From an uncultured Ignavibacteriales bacterium (lineage in GTDB: Bacteria; Zixibacteria; MSB-5A5; GN15; FEB-12), in NCBI GenBank assembly GCA_964464605.1, contig CAYXJN010000008.1:124001-188000 (forward strand): 64,000 nucleotides of DNA, written 5' to 3'. Positions 20,440 through 29,022 of the stretch are shown piece after piece. Made by a program: the position numbers and the translations under genes. The notes beneath the pieces were generated by a model that was not told the origin of the DNA, made no database searches, and saw only the letters and a program-made list of their open reading frames with translations. Position 1 is the stretch's first letter; every line of letters begins with the position of its first letter.

Positions 20440-21006
20440 ATGGTTCTTGATGACTCTCAATTATGGAATGAAATTTTAGAGGGCAAGGAGCAGGCGTGGC
20501 GGAACCTGATAGTTCGTTATGCTTCTTTAGTCAATACCGTTGCTGTTCGATTGGGACTATCTTCTCAAGAAGCTGCTGATGTTTTCCAAACGGTCTGGGC
20601 TATCCTCTACGAGCGACGCAAGTCAATTAAGGAGCCATCCCGTATTTCCGCTTGGCTTGTGACAACTGCAAAAAGGGAATCGATAAAGGCAAAAGTTCAT
20701 CGAACGCCCGATGCCGATCCAGAATCAATGAAGGCGTTGGAAATTGAAGACAGTAATCTTCTTCCGGATGAGACGTTGGAACGTGTTGAACAACAGAACC
20801 ATCTGGAAACAGCACTTTTCGCAATTGATCCTCGCTGCCGGAAACTGCTTGAACGGTTGTTCTTTGCTGAAGAAGAGGTGTCCTATGAGCAGATAGGTGA
20901 AGAACTGGGCATTGCCTTTAATTCCTTAGGGCCGACTCGCCAACGGTGTTTGGAGAAACTTAAGAAAGTACTATTGGAAAGTGGCTATTTAGATGTACGA
21001 AAATAG
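20440..21006 (+). CDS. ECF-type RNA polymerase sigma-70 factor
   Basis: AADVFQTVW, ISAWLVTTAKRES (region 2), SYEQIGEELGI..LGPTRQRCLEKL (region 4). Confidence 0.92.
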   Translation: MVLDDSQLWNEILEGKEQAWRNLIVRYASLVNTVAVRLGLSSQEAADVFQTVWAILYERRKSIKEPSRISAWLVTTAKRESIKAKVHRTPDADPESMKALEIEDSNLLPDETLERVEQQNHLETALFAIDPRCRKLLERLFFAEEEVSYEQIGEELGIAFNSLGPTRQRCLEKLKKVLLESGYLDVRK

Positions 21007-21024
21007 CAATTTGCTGCTCTGTAT
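20993..21024 (+). promoter_or_regulatory. Putative cognate ECF promoter ATGTACGA-N16-CTCTGTAT, copy 1
   Basis: The same two 8-mers with the same 16-nt spacing recur at 25815-25846, each upstream of a gene of this module. Confidence 0.6.
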
Positions 21025-21040
21025 CTATGAGAACTGAAAT

Positions 21041-21622
21041 ATGAGTAAAAATCTATCCAACAAGCATTTGTCGCGCAAGGAGTTAATAGTATTCTCGAAG
21101 TCTGTGGCAGGGGCTTTACCGGAACACCTGAGCGTGTGTAAGGACTGTTCTGGATTGCTTGAACTATTCACTCGTTTTCAAGTTGCTGGAGAACGTCAAC
21201 TGGAAAACGTTCCAGCGGGTTGGATCGAAAAAGCGGTGGCAATTGCTAAACCAAAACGCGTCAAAGAGGCAATTCAACAGTTGGTTGCTTACTTGGCGTT
21301 TGATTCGTGGACTCAACCGATTCCTATCGGTGTTCGCTCGATGGGACAATTGGCTAATCGTCGAGTTCGCTACAACGTCAATGAATACAGCATTGACATA
21401 CGAATGGAGAAGCAACAGACCGAGTATGCGTTCATTGCAACAGTTTCTAAAAAAGATGAACGAGATCCATCTTTTACTCTGGTCAGCGCTGGTCGCTCAG
21501 TTGTGGCGGATGAGGATGGTTACTACCAGTGGGTTTCTTCACGGCCACCGAAGCGGATTTCATTCCATTCGTCGGATATTATTATTCATCTACCGGTGAC
21601 ACTATGGAACAAGCCGAGTTAA
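21041..21622 (+). CDS. Putative zinc-finger anti-sigma factor with soluble beta-rich C-terminal domain
   Basis: H..HLSVCKDC (HxxxCxxC) directly after the ECF gene; LAFDSW..GVRS; no transmembrane helix seen. Confidence 0.65.
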   Translation: MSKNLSNKHLSRKELIVFSKSVAGALPEHLSVCKDCSGLLELFTRFQVAGERQLENVPAGWIEKAVAIAKPKRVKEAIQQLVAYLAFDSWTQPIPIGVRSMGQLANRRVRYNVNEYSIDIRMEKQQTEYAFIATVSKKDERDPSFTLVSAGRSVVADEDGYYQWVSSRPPKRISFHSSDIIIHLPVTLWNKPS

Positions 21623-24339
21623 CTTTAGATCGCTCAGCGACGCTATTTTTGAAGAGTGGCAACCTAAACGGGCAAGATCAAGCTGCTCTTGCTTTATCAA
21701 TCGATAGTCATATACGACAATTGGCTCAGCGTTCGCTGAAAAATGCTCTTTTTCTTTCGCGAACTTACGCTAAGGCAGCGGATAAGGCTGGCGGCCAAAT
21801 GGTGCTTGCCGCACAAAGAACGCTTGCGCGGGTGACTCACCAAAACGGATTACACTCCGAAGCGGAGGCGGCATACAAGCGGGCCTGGGCACTGGCAAAA
21901 GATGATGTCATCATTCGGGCGCGTCTCGATCGGTCACTTATCGACCTGTATATGTATCTTGGTGATTTTGATGAATCGCAGCGCCGCGCAAAAAATGCTC
22001 TGCGTATCTTCGGCGCCAAAAAGATGGTTGCGGACATTGCGATGACGAATGTCAACTATGCGAATATGATGCATCGACAGGATAAACATGTCGACGCTGA
22101 ACGGTTGTATCATAAAGCACAGCGGTATTTTGAAGGTGCAGGAGACGAGCTATCTACCGCTCGCTGCTATTACAATCGAGCAAATACTCTGGTACAACTT
22201 TTCTCATTTGATCTTGCTGAAGAATTGTATACAAAAGCAGATCGGATATATCGTCATCATCAGTTTTTTCTGGATTCTACCGAATCTCGTTATGGATTGG
22301 CCTGGCTAAAGATGCTTCGTGGTGAGTTTCACATTGCTTTGTCTGAACTACAGAATTGCGAAGATGAATATCGAAAGGCGGATCATCCAAGAGGCTGTGC
22401 ACTGTGTAAGCTTGATAGAGCTGAAATTTATCTCGGATTGAATCTTTTTCCCGATGCACTTGAATCAGCAAGGCACGCAGGAAAGGAATTCAAACGATTG
22501 AAACTCCACTACGAAATGGCAAAAGCAGAGTTGTTTTGCACTCAGGCGCTGTTGGGGCTTGGTCGTACTTCTGAAGCGCGAAATGTTATTAACCGAGTGG
22601 TTGCAGCGTTTGAAAAAGAGAAAAATTCTGGCTTTCTTGGCGCATCTTTATTGACCTCAGCCGCTCTAACTACCAAGTCTGACGATGCTCTAAAAACACT
22701 TCGGAAAGCAAGGAAGCTATTTACTCATTCACAGCTTCCGCTTTGGCAGGCAATCTGCGATGTTCGCCTTATAGATATTCCAAATTCTGCCACCTCAGCC
22801 CTTAATCGACTTGAGAGAAATCGAGCTGCCCAATCGGTTCCACATCTGTTTTCAGCAGTTCAAACAGCTATCGGCGATCAGTGCGCAAAACGGGGTGAGC
22901 TGCCAACTGCCAGACGTCATTGGTCAAAAGCGGCACGACGTTTGGAATCAGTTCGTGCGCAACTTCCGCCACTTGAAATGCGAGATGCATTCTCACGAAA
23001 TCGATTGGAACCATTCCGTCGATTGATTGAAACTTACTTGGAAAGTGATCCGCATCAAGCAGCGCTGTGGATTGATAGATATCGGACAGCTGGTCTTTGG
23101 ACGCCAATATCAAACACGCTACACAATGACCCGGCGAGAATCTCTGCGGTTACTGCATTGCAAAGTCTCGCGGAACAAGTATCGAGCCTCTCACGGCAGA
23201 TAAGCTCCAATAAACGGGATTACGCCATTTCTTTGACACAATCTTCCTATTCAGTTAATAAGCTGATAGCATCACTCGAAAGGAAGATACGATTGAGAAT
23301 GGCTGCGCTGGAAAAAAGAACAAACGGCAACTTTGAAGAAACAGATATGCTGTCAGACTATTTCAAATCACTTTCATACAAACAACCGATCGTTCAATTT
23401 CACTTCGATTCTACGAATATCTTTGCCGTTATTCATTATAGAGGGGAAGCGCGTGTGCACCGTTATGAACAAGGGAAACAGAAGATCGAAGCTCTCATGC
23501 AGAGGTGGCGATTTCTTCTTGATCAAGCAATTTGTTCAGAGCAGGAAAATTACACTTCATCGGATGAAAACGTCCTTTTCGATCGTTTAGGCAAGCTACT
23601 TTGGGATCCATTGCAATTGCCGGGAAGTGCTGATTCTGTGTTGATTTTTCCAGATGGGGTACTCTCAAATCTGCCGTGGAGTGCGGTTCGTACAAAAGGC
23701 AAAGCACTTATCGATCAGATAGGAATAATACTTGCCCCAAGTGTTCGCCATTTTGCAGCAGCACAATCGCGTGAAAAACAGTATTCCCGTCGAATAATTT
23801 TTGCCGCGGCTTCCAATGATATCCCGCAGGTCAAAAAGGAAATTCAGGAAATCACAGCAAATAAAGAAAGTCTTTGGATCACCTTCGATCCTTCCAAACG
23901 TGCCGATTGGTTGCAAGCTGAGGGTTCCGATGCCTGGCATTTTGCCGGACATGCCCATTTCCGTTCCGACAATCCATTTTATTCCTACCTCAGTCTTACA
24001 GATGGGCCGTTATTTGCCGCTGATCTCCGGTTGAAACAAACTGCTGTAAATCTTGTTACTTTAGCAGCGTGTCGAACTGGTGAACAAACCACGGGTTCTG
24101 GAGAAGAACCATCAGGTTTTGTTCGCTCCCTTCTCGAAATGGGAGCCCGTACAGTGATTGCTGGGCATTGGGCTGTATCGGATACCTCAACGGCCTTATG
24201 GATGAAGACTTTTTATCAGAATTATGATTCAAACATACCAATCAGTGATGCCGTTCGAAAATCTTCTAAATGCGTTCGAGAGCGGTTTCCATCTGCTTGT
24301 CACTGGGCAGCATTTTCGGTATTTGGCACGGTTTCATAG
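21604..24339 (+). CDS. TPR-repeat CHAT-domain (caspase-like) protease
   Basis: Long TPR region, then IFPDGVLSNLPW, HFAGH (His), LAACRTG (Cys), WAVSD, HWAAFSVFG; start refined to MEQAEL. Confidence 0.9.
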   Translation: MEQAELTLDRSATLFLKSGNLNGQDQAALALSIDSHIRQLAQRSLKNALFLSRTYAKAADKAGGQMVLAAQRTLARVTHQNGLHSEAEAAYKRAWALAKDDVIIRARLDRSLIDLYMYLGDFDESQRRAKNALRIFGAKKMVADIAMTNVNYANMMHRQDKHVDAERLYHKAQRYFEGAGDELSTARCYYNRANTLVQLFSFDLAEELYTKADRIYRHHQFFLDSTESRYGLAWLKMLRGEFHIALSELQNCEDEYRKADHPRGCALCKLDRAEIYLGLNLFPDALESARHAGKEFKRLKLHYEMAKAELFCTQALLGLGRTSEARNVINRVVAAFEKEKNSGFLGASLLTSAALTTKSDDALKTLRKARKLFTHSQLPLWQAICDVRLIDIPNSATSALNRLERNRAAQSVPHLFSAVQTAIGDQCAKRGELPTARRHWSKAARRLESVRAQLPPLEMRDAFSRNRLEPFRRLIETYLESDPHQAALWIDRYRTAGLWTPISNTLHNDPARISAVTALQSLAEQVSSLSRQISSNKRDYAISLTQSSYSVNKLIASLERKIRLRMAALEKRTNGNFEETDMLSDYFKSLSYKQPIVQFHFDSTNIFAVIHYRGEARVHRYEQGKQKIEALMQRWRFLLDQAICSEQENYTSSDENVLFDRLGKLLWDPLQLPGSADSVLIFPDGVLSNLPWSAVRTKGKALIDQIGIILAPSVRHFAAAQSREKQYSRRIIFAAASNDIPQVKKEIQEITANKESLWITFDPSKRADWLQAEGSDAWHFAGHAHFRSDNPFYSYLSLTDGPLFAADLRLKQTAVNLVTLAACRTGEQTTGSGEEPSGFVRSLLEMGARTVIAGHWAVSDTSTALWMKTFYQNYDSNIPISDAVRKSSKCVRERFPSACHWAAFSVFGTVS

Positions 24340-24353
24340 GAGTTAAATAAGTT

Positions 24354-25748
24354 ATGCGCAAAATGTTTCAATTCAGCAACGCACTTGTCTGGATATCTTG
24401 CTTTCTATGCGGAAGTACTATTTTTGCTGGCAACGGTGTAGATGACAAAGTTCCAGGTGAAATAGTATTAAAACTGTTGCCGGGTGAAAACATTGACTCT
24501 GTTAATGCTCGCTTTGGAACAATTACAAAAAAATATATTCCACAAACCGGCAATTACCTTCTCACAGCTCAGTCGGGACAGGACACCGACAGTCTGTCGA
24601 CAGAAATTGAAGTGGAGAATGAAGTAGAATTTTGTGACCCCAATTTCATTCTAGATGCCCCTGAGCCAGTTCAGTCGAGCCAACCGTTCTTGGATAATCA
24701 ATTCATTGGCACATATGAAAATCAAACAGCCGCGTCTACGTTGCATCTAAGCGAAGCCCAGCAGGTGACGACCGGAAGTAATATCATGGTGGGGGTGATT
24801 GATGGCGGGGTCAATATTTCGCATCCAGTTTTTGAAGGTACTGCTTCTTATGGGTATGATTTCGTTGATGGGGATTCAATTGCGGATGACCCTATGGGCG
24901 GCAATGGATCGGGGCATGGTACATTTATTGCGGGAGTGATTAAGCTGGTTGCGCCGGACGCGCAAATAGTTTCCTACAGGGTTTTTGACACGAGTGGCCG
25001 AGGCGATGGCTTTAGTATCGCTGAAGCTATAACATTGGCCGTTGATGATGGGTGCAAGGTTATTAACCTGAGTATGGTGATGTTTGATAAGCACGGTTCT
25101 ATTGATGCGGCACTGGCATACGCAAGGCTCCACAATGTACTGGTTGTGGCTGCCGCTGGCAATGATTCATCAACCGTTGAGCGGTTCCCGGCAAAAGACT
25201 CGGATGTCTTGGCTGTTGCAGCCGTTGATTCGTTGAATCGCCGTGCTGATTTTTCGAATTTTGGTGGGAAAATCGATGTTTGCGCACCGGGAATTAATGT
25301 ATACGCGCCGTTCTTAGATACCATGTTTGCGTGGTGGAATGGTACAAGTTTCGCAACCCCCTTTGTTGCCGGACAGGCGGCGCTCCTCTTTTCGATGAGC
25401 CCTAATACACATCGAGAGGCGGTTCGGACAGCGATAATAAATACAGCGATCGATATCGACAGCTGGAATCCTGGATTGGAGGGAGAATTAGGTGACGGAT
25501 TGATCGATATCCCGTCGTCTTTATCGGCGTTTGCTCCGTTTCGTTGCGGGGACATGAACAACAATGGGTTAGGGCCGACCATAAGTGACTTAACCTATCT
25601 GGTTCAGTTCCTTTTTGGCGGTGGAAATCCCCCTCAGAACTTAGTTTCGGCTGACGTGAATGGAACAGGAAACGTAACGGTAGCAGATTTGGTCTATTTA
25701 GTGGGCTATCTCTTTAACAATGGCCCCGCGCCCAATTGCGGGAATTAG
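24354..25748 (+). CDS. Secreted S8 subtilisin-like protease with dockerin-like C-terminus
   Basis: Signal peptide; triad VIDGG / GHGT / GTSFATP; AAAGND; tail DLTYLVQFLF..DLVYLVGYLFNNGPAPNC. Confidence 0.92.
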   Translation: MRKMFQFSNALVWISCFLCGSTIFAGNGVDDKVPGEIVLKLLPGENIDSVNARFGTITKKYIPQTGNYLLTAQSGQDTDSLSTEIEVENEVEFCDPNFILDAPEPVQSSQPFLDNQFIGTYENQTAASTLHLSEAQQVTTGSNIMVGVIDGGVNISHPVFEGTASYGYDFVDGDSIADDPMGGNGSGHGTFIAGVIKLVAPDAQIVSYRVFDTSGRGDGFSIAEAITLAVDDGCKVINLSMVMFDKHGSIDAALAYARLHNVLVVAAAGNDSSTVERFPAKDSDVLAVAAVDSLNRRADFSNFGGKIDVCAPGINVYAPFLDTMFAWWNGTSFATPFVAGQAALLFSMSPNTHREAVRTAIINTAIDIDSWNPGLEGELGDGLIDIPSSLSAFAPFRCGDMNNNGLGPTISDLTYLVQFLFGGGNPPQNLVSADVNGTGNVTVADLVYLVGYLFNNGPAPNCGN

Positions 25749-25771
25749 AAATCTAAGGCGTTGAATGATAT

Positions 25772-25808
25772 AAACTCCTGTCCGGTTTACGGACAGGAGT
25801 TTTTTTTG
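25772..25808 (+). terminator. Intrinsic terminator
   Basis: aaactcctgtcc-ggtttac-ggacaggagttt stem-loop followed by a T run. Confidence 0.85.
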
Positions 25809-25814
25809 CACTCA

Positions 25815-25846
25815 ATGTACGATAGCCATGTTGCGACTCTCTGTAT
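25815..25846 (+). promoter_or_regulatory. Putative cognate ECF promoter ATGTACGA-N16-CTCTGTAT, copy 2
   Basis: Lies just after a terminator and upstream of the DUF5666 gene; boxes identical to 20993-21024. Confidence 0.6.
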
Positions 25847-25887
25847 TTGTAAACAAAGCCGGAAAACAGCTATCAGAAAGGATTATT

Positions 25888-27084
25888 ATGAAAAAGACAC
25901 GAGCGATTCACTTTAGCAGCCTAATTGCCGCCTTAGTTCTGGCAGTGATGGCGATCGGTTGTTCAGACAGCGATAAACGGGGTCAACTTACCGGTTCGGC
26001 TAATACGATTACTGGCGGTCGTTTTTCCGGAGGCGAAGTTGAAGTTGCTGGTCGTGTGTTGACCATTGACGCCAACGGACGAATCATGACTCTTTCTGGA
26101 TTCCAATCCACTATTGAAATTGCACCGGACGCTGAGGTTGTCTTGCGTGACAATAACGGTGAGACACCGATTACGCTTTCGCAAATCAATCCAGGTGACT
26201 CGGCCGAAGTACGTGGAGATATGCAAGGAAACGGCACTTTGCTTGCCGATCGCGTTCGTATTCGAATGGATGAGAATGAGAACGAAATTGAAAAAGGTGG
26301 TAGAGTAGAATCCATTGACGCCATAGCCCGCACCTTAACTCTTAAAAATGACCCTACATTGTATCAAGTAGCCGCAAACGCTCAAATAGTGCAAAAAGTA
26401 TCTGGAACCGAAACTCCTATCGACTTAGGTGATATTACTCCAGGTGATTCAGTTGATATACGTGGCAGCGCGCAAACAAATGGATCAGTACTTGTCGATC
26501 GCTTACGTTTGCGAGTCGGGTTTGATGATGACTTTGCCTCTGATTTAGAATTCAAAGGTGAAATTACTGAGATCGACTACACTGGTAGTACTTTCTCGGT
26601 AAGCACTCGCTCCGGTGTTATTAGTGTTGATGCAAATACTTACATTTTTACCAAGGTAGATTTCAATGACACAGCAAGTGGAATTGCAAAGCGCAACGGT
26701 GAGTCTACCGATACGCGCCTTAAGCAGCGCATTCAATTTACTGACCTCGTTGCCGGTGATACAGTCGAAGTGTATGCAAAAGTGACCGGGCTGAATATGT
26801 ACTATGCAGTTGCCGTAGAACTTGAAGATGGGGCGTTTGAAAATGATCAGGAAGTTGAGTTCAAATCAGTGATTGCAGCGATCGACGCGAATACTCGTGT
26901 GGTCACATTTACGACAGAATCATGGATTGGCAATGTGCATATTGACGCGGTGCTGACTGGTCTAAATGATGAGGCAATCGTACTAAGCGCATTCGCAGTA
27001 GGCCAGATCGTCGAAGTCAAAGGCTTCTCCCAGCCTAACGGTGAGCTGACAATAACGGAAATGAAAAGAGACAATAACCTGTAA
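25888..27084 (+). CDS. DUF5666 repeat (OB-fold-like) lipoprotein
   Basis: Lipobox AIGC; four repeats of the pattern GxVxxID..GDxVEVxG; AGAAAGGA RBS before MKKTRA. Confidence 0.75.
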   Translation: MKKTRAIHFSSLIAALVLAVMAIGCSDSDKRGQLTGSANTITGGRFSGGEVEVAGRVLTIDANGRIMTLSGFQSTIEIAPDAEVVLRDNNGETPITLSQINPGDSAEVRGDMQGNGTLLADRVRIRMDENENEIEKGGRVESIDAIARTLTLKNDPTLYQVAANAQIVQKVSGTETPIDLGDITPGDSVDIRGSAQTNGSVLVDRLRLRVGFDDDFASDLEFKGEITEIDYTGSTFSVSTRSGVISVDANTYIFTKVDFNDTASGIAKRNGESTDTRLKQRIQFTDLVAGDTVEVYAKVTGLNMYYAVAVELEDGAFENDQEVEFKSVIAAIDANTRVVTFTTESWIGNVHIDAVLTGLNDEAIVLSAFAVGQIVEVKGFSQPNGELTITEMKRDNNL

Positions 27085-27111
27085 CAGAAACCCTCTCTGA
27101 ACCAGGTTCAA

Positions 27112-27149
27112 AGACCTCCGGTATCCGATATTCGGTGTCGGGGGTTTTT
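27112..27149 (+). terminator. Probable intrinsic terminator
   Basis: Imperfect stem-loop agacctccggtatccga-tat-tcggtgtcggggg followed by ttttt. Confidence 0.6.
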
Positions 27150-27203
27150 CATTTTCAGATCGTTTGTAAAAAACTGAATCGATATCTGAATGTTGAAAGT
27201 CAA

Positions 27204-27258
27204 ATGGCGGGGTCTACGAGACGACTTCCGCAACTGGGTATTGAACTCGGTGGCTTAA
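27204..27258. repeat. att-like repeat family 1 plus orphan tail WRGLRDDFRNWVLNSVA*
   Basis: 20-bp core identical to 20129 and 35031. Confidence 0.85.
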
Positions 27259-27346
27259 ATCTGCGGTAACATCAAGCTAATAGCATACACTAAATTGACA
27301 TTATTTCGACAGTGACAAGCGATACCTGTCCAATTAGATTACTTTC

Positions 27347-27643
27347 ATGAAATCAAACGATGTCTGTTATCCAATTCTGCTACACAAGATACCAGGGGTA
27401 GATACACCAAACGATACTGTCACACGTCATATTGCATTTGTAAAAGATATCGACGATCAGGAAAAACTAATTCTTGCAGGGCCGTTCGGAGATTTTCCCG
27501 GCGGGATGGTGGTTGTACGAGCTGAATCAGTAGAAGCTGCAACCAAGATTGCCGAGTCTGATCCGTTTGTCACTGAGGGTGTCCGAACATTCGAAGTGCG
27601 GACCTGGCTGTTGGCTAACCGTGGAAACGGGTATTTGAAATAA
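27347..27643 (+). CDS. YciI family protein
   Basis: RHIAFV..LILAGPF..GGMVVVRAES..ESDPFVTEG. Confidence 0.85.
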   Translation: MKSNDVCYPILLHKIPGVDTPNDTVTRHIAFVKDIDDQEKLILAGPFGDFPGGMVVVRAESVEAATKIAESDPFVTEGVRTFEVRTWLLANRGNGYLK

Positions 27644-27826
27644 GGCCGAGTTAACCCTTCGGGAATGATGTTTATTGCCGTAACTTATTGCTGATCAATG
27701 AAATGATAAGAAAAGCCAGTTTGAGCGAGAAGGTTTTCGCAATTACGCCCGGTCGTTTTAAGTCCAAAATAAAAAATAAGTGAAAAAAGTAACAATTTGG
27801 CCTTGACTAAATGAAATGAAATACCG

Positions 27827-27854
27827 ATATATAAGACAAAAGACTCTTAAATCT
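27827..27854. promoter_or_regulatory. Putative Rrf2 operator, site 1
   Basis: Inverted repeat TAAGA-N8-TCTTA just before the Rrf2 start; shares AGACTCTNAAATCTG with 28338-28366. Confidence 0.45.
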
Positions 27855-27857
27855 GGA

Positions 27858-28298
27858 ATGAGTGTGTTATTATCTAAAGGTTGTGCGTACGCAATTCGAG
27901 CTTCACTTCTTGTAACGGTCAAAGAAGTGAAGGATGGCAGGAAGTTCATCCCGATCCGTGAGCTTGCCGATGAACTTGATCTCTCATTTCATTTCTTGAC
28001 GAAAATTCTTCAGACCTTGACCGAAGCTAACATACTCGAATCATTTCGCGGTCCCAACGGGGGAGTAGGTCTGGCGCGACCGGCCAAAGACCTTTATCTG
28101 CTCGACATCATTTCTGCCGTCGACGGTATGTCACTTTTCTCGGAATGTGCGCTTGGGCTGCCCGGATGCGGTGAACGTACACCTTGTCCCCTGCACGAAT
28201 CTTGGGCAAGAAGAAGAGAAGACCTCAGACGGATGTTTGAGAAAACCTCTCTTGCAGGTCTGGCTAAGGAACTAACGGCAAATCATTTACGGAAATAG
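27858..28298 (+). CDS. Rrf2-family transcriptional regulator with three Cys (Fe-S type)
   Basis: YAIRA, HTH FLTKILQTL, SFRGPNGG, CALGLPGCGERTPCPLH; start refined to MSVLLSK. Confidence 0.9.
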   Translation: MSVLLSKGCAYAIRASLLVTVKEVKDGRKFIPIRELADELDLSFHFLTKILQTLTEANILESFRGPNGGVGLARPAKDLYLLDIISAVDGMSLFSECALGLPGCGERTPCPLHESWARRREDLRRMFEKTSLAGLAKELTANHLRK

Positions 28299-28337
28299 GA
28301 TGCCATGAACGTCATAGAAAAGAAATGGTGTTTGGTT

Positions 28338-28365
28338 AGATTTAGGATATCAGACTCTGAAATCT
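28338..28365. promoter_or_regulatory. Putative Rrf2 operator, site 2, upstream of the nos operon
   Basis: Inverted repeat AGATTT-aggatatcagactctg-AAATCT, similar to site 1. Confidence 0.45.
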
Positions 28366-28425
28366 GTATCCGCTCATTTCGAAAAGCACATCTTCAAGCA
28401 AACACATATTTAAGGAGATACTTTT

Positions 28426-28971
28426 ATGAGAAGAATTAGGAAGGGCTATGTACTGCGAGCAGTAATGTTATCCGCTGTGACCTGTTTAATTTTCATTGGT
28501 TGCGCTTCAACTCAGGAGACAGAGACACAGCGGCAAGCTCGGTGGTCTCAGGGGAAACTGTCTAGTTGGGAAGTTGAGAACGGCATTGGGCCCATTACTG
28601 CTGACATCGAAATTGGCGTAGTCGATCCTGCTAAAGCCGAGCAGGGGAAACAGCTATTTGCCAACAAGTGTGCGACCTGCCATTACCTTGATTTCAAGAA
28701 GACCGGACCTCCTCTCAGAGACGTAACGAAAAGACGCAGCGAATACTATGTTGTGAATCAAATCCTCAATCCGGAACAAATGGGAAAGATGCATCCTTAC
28801 GGTAAACAACTGGTAGCTCAGTACGCACAGTATATGACAATTCAAGGAATTACTCGAGACGATGCATTCGCTTTACTCGACTTCCTCAGAACACAGGCGA
28901 CTCAGCCGCCGGTACCTATGGAGCAACAGCCCGGCTTCGGCGTTCCTGCCTCGCCGGTAGCAACGCAATAA
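28426..28971 (+). CDS. Monoheme cytochrome c lipoprotein of the clade II nos cluster
   Basis: Lipobox FIGC; CATCH heme motif; GPPLRDVTKRR; directly upstream of nosZ. Confidence 0.88.
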   Translation: MRRIRKGYVLRAVMLSAVTCLIFIGCASTQETETQRQARWSQGKLSSWEVENGIGPITADIEIGVVDPAKAEQGKQLFANKCATCHYLDFKKTGPPLRDVTKRRSEYYVVNQILNPEQMGKMHPYGKQLVAQYAQYMTIQGITRDDAFALLDFLRTQATQPPVPMEQQPGFGVPASPVATQ

Positions 28972-29022
28972 TTGAAAATGGGAAGTTGAATTTATGCAAT
29001 TGATACACAGGAAGGAAAATAT

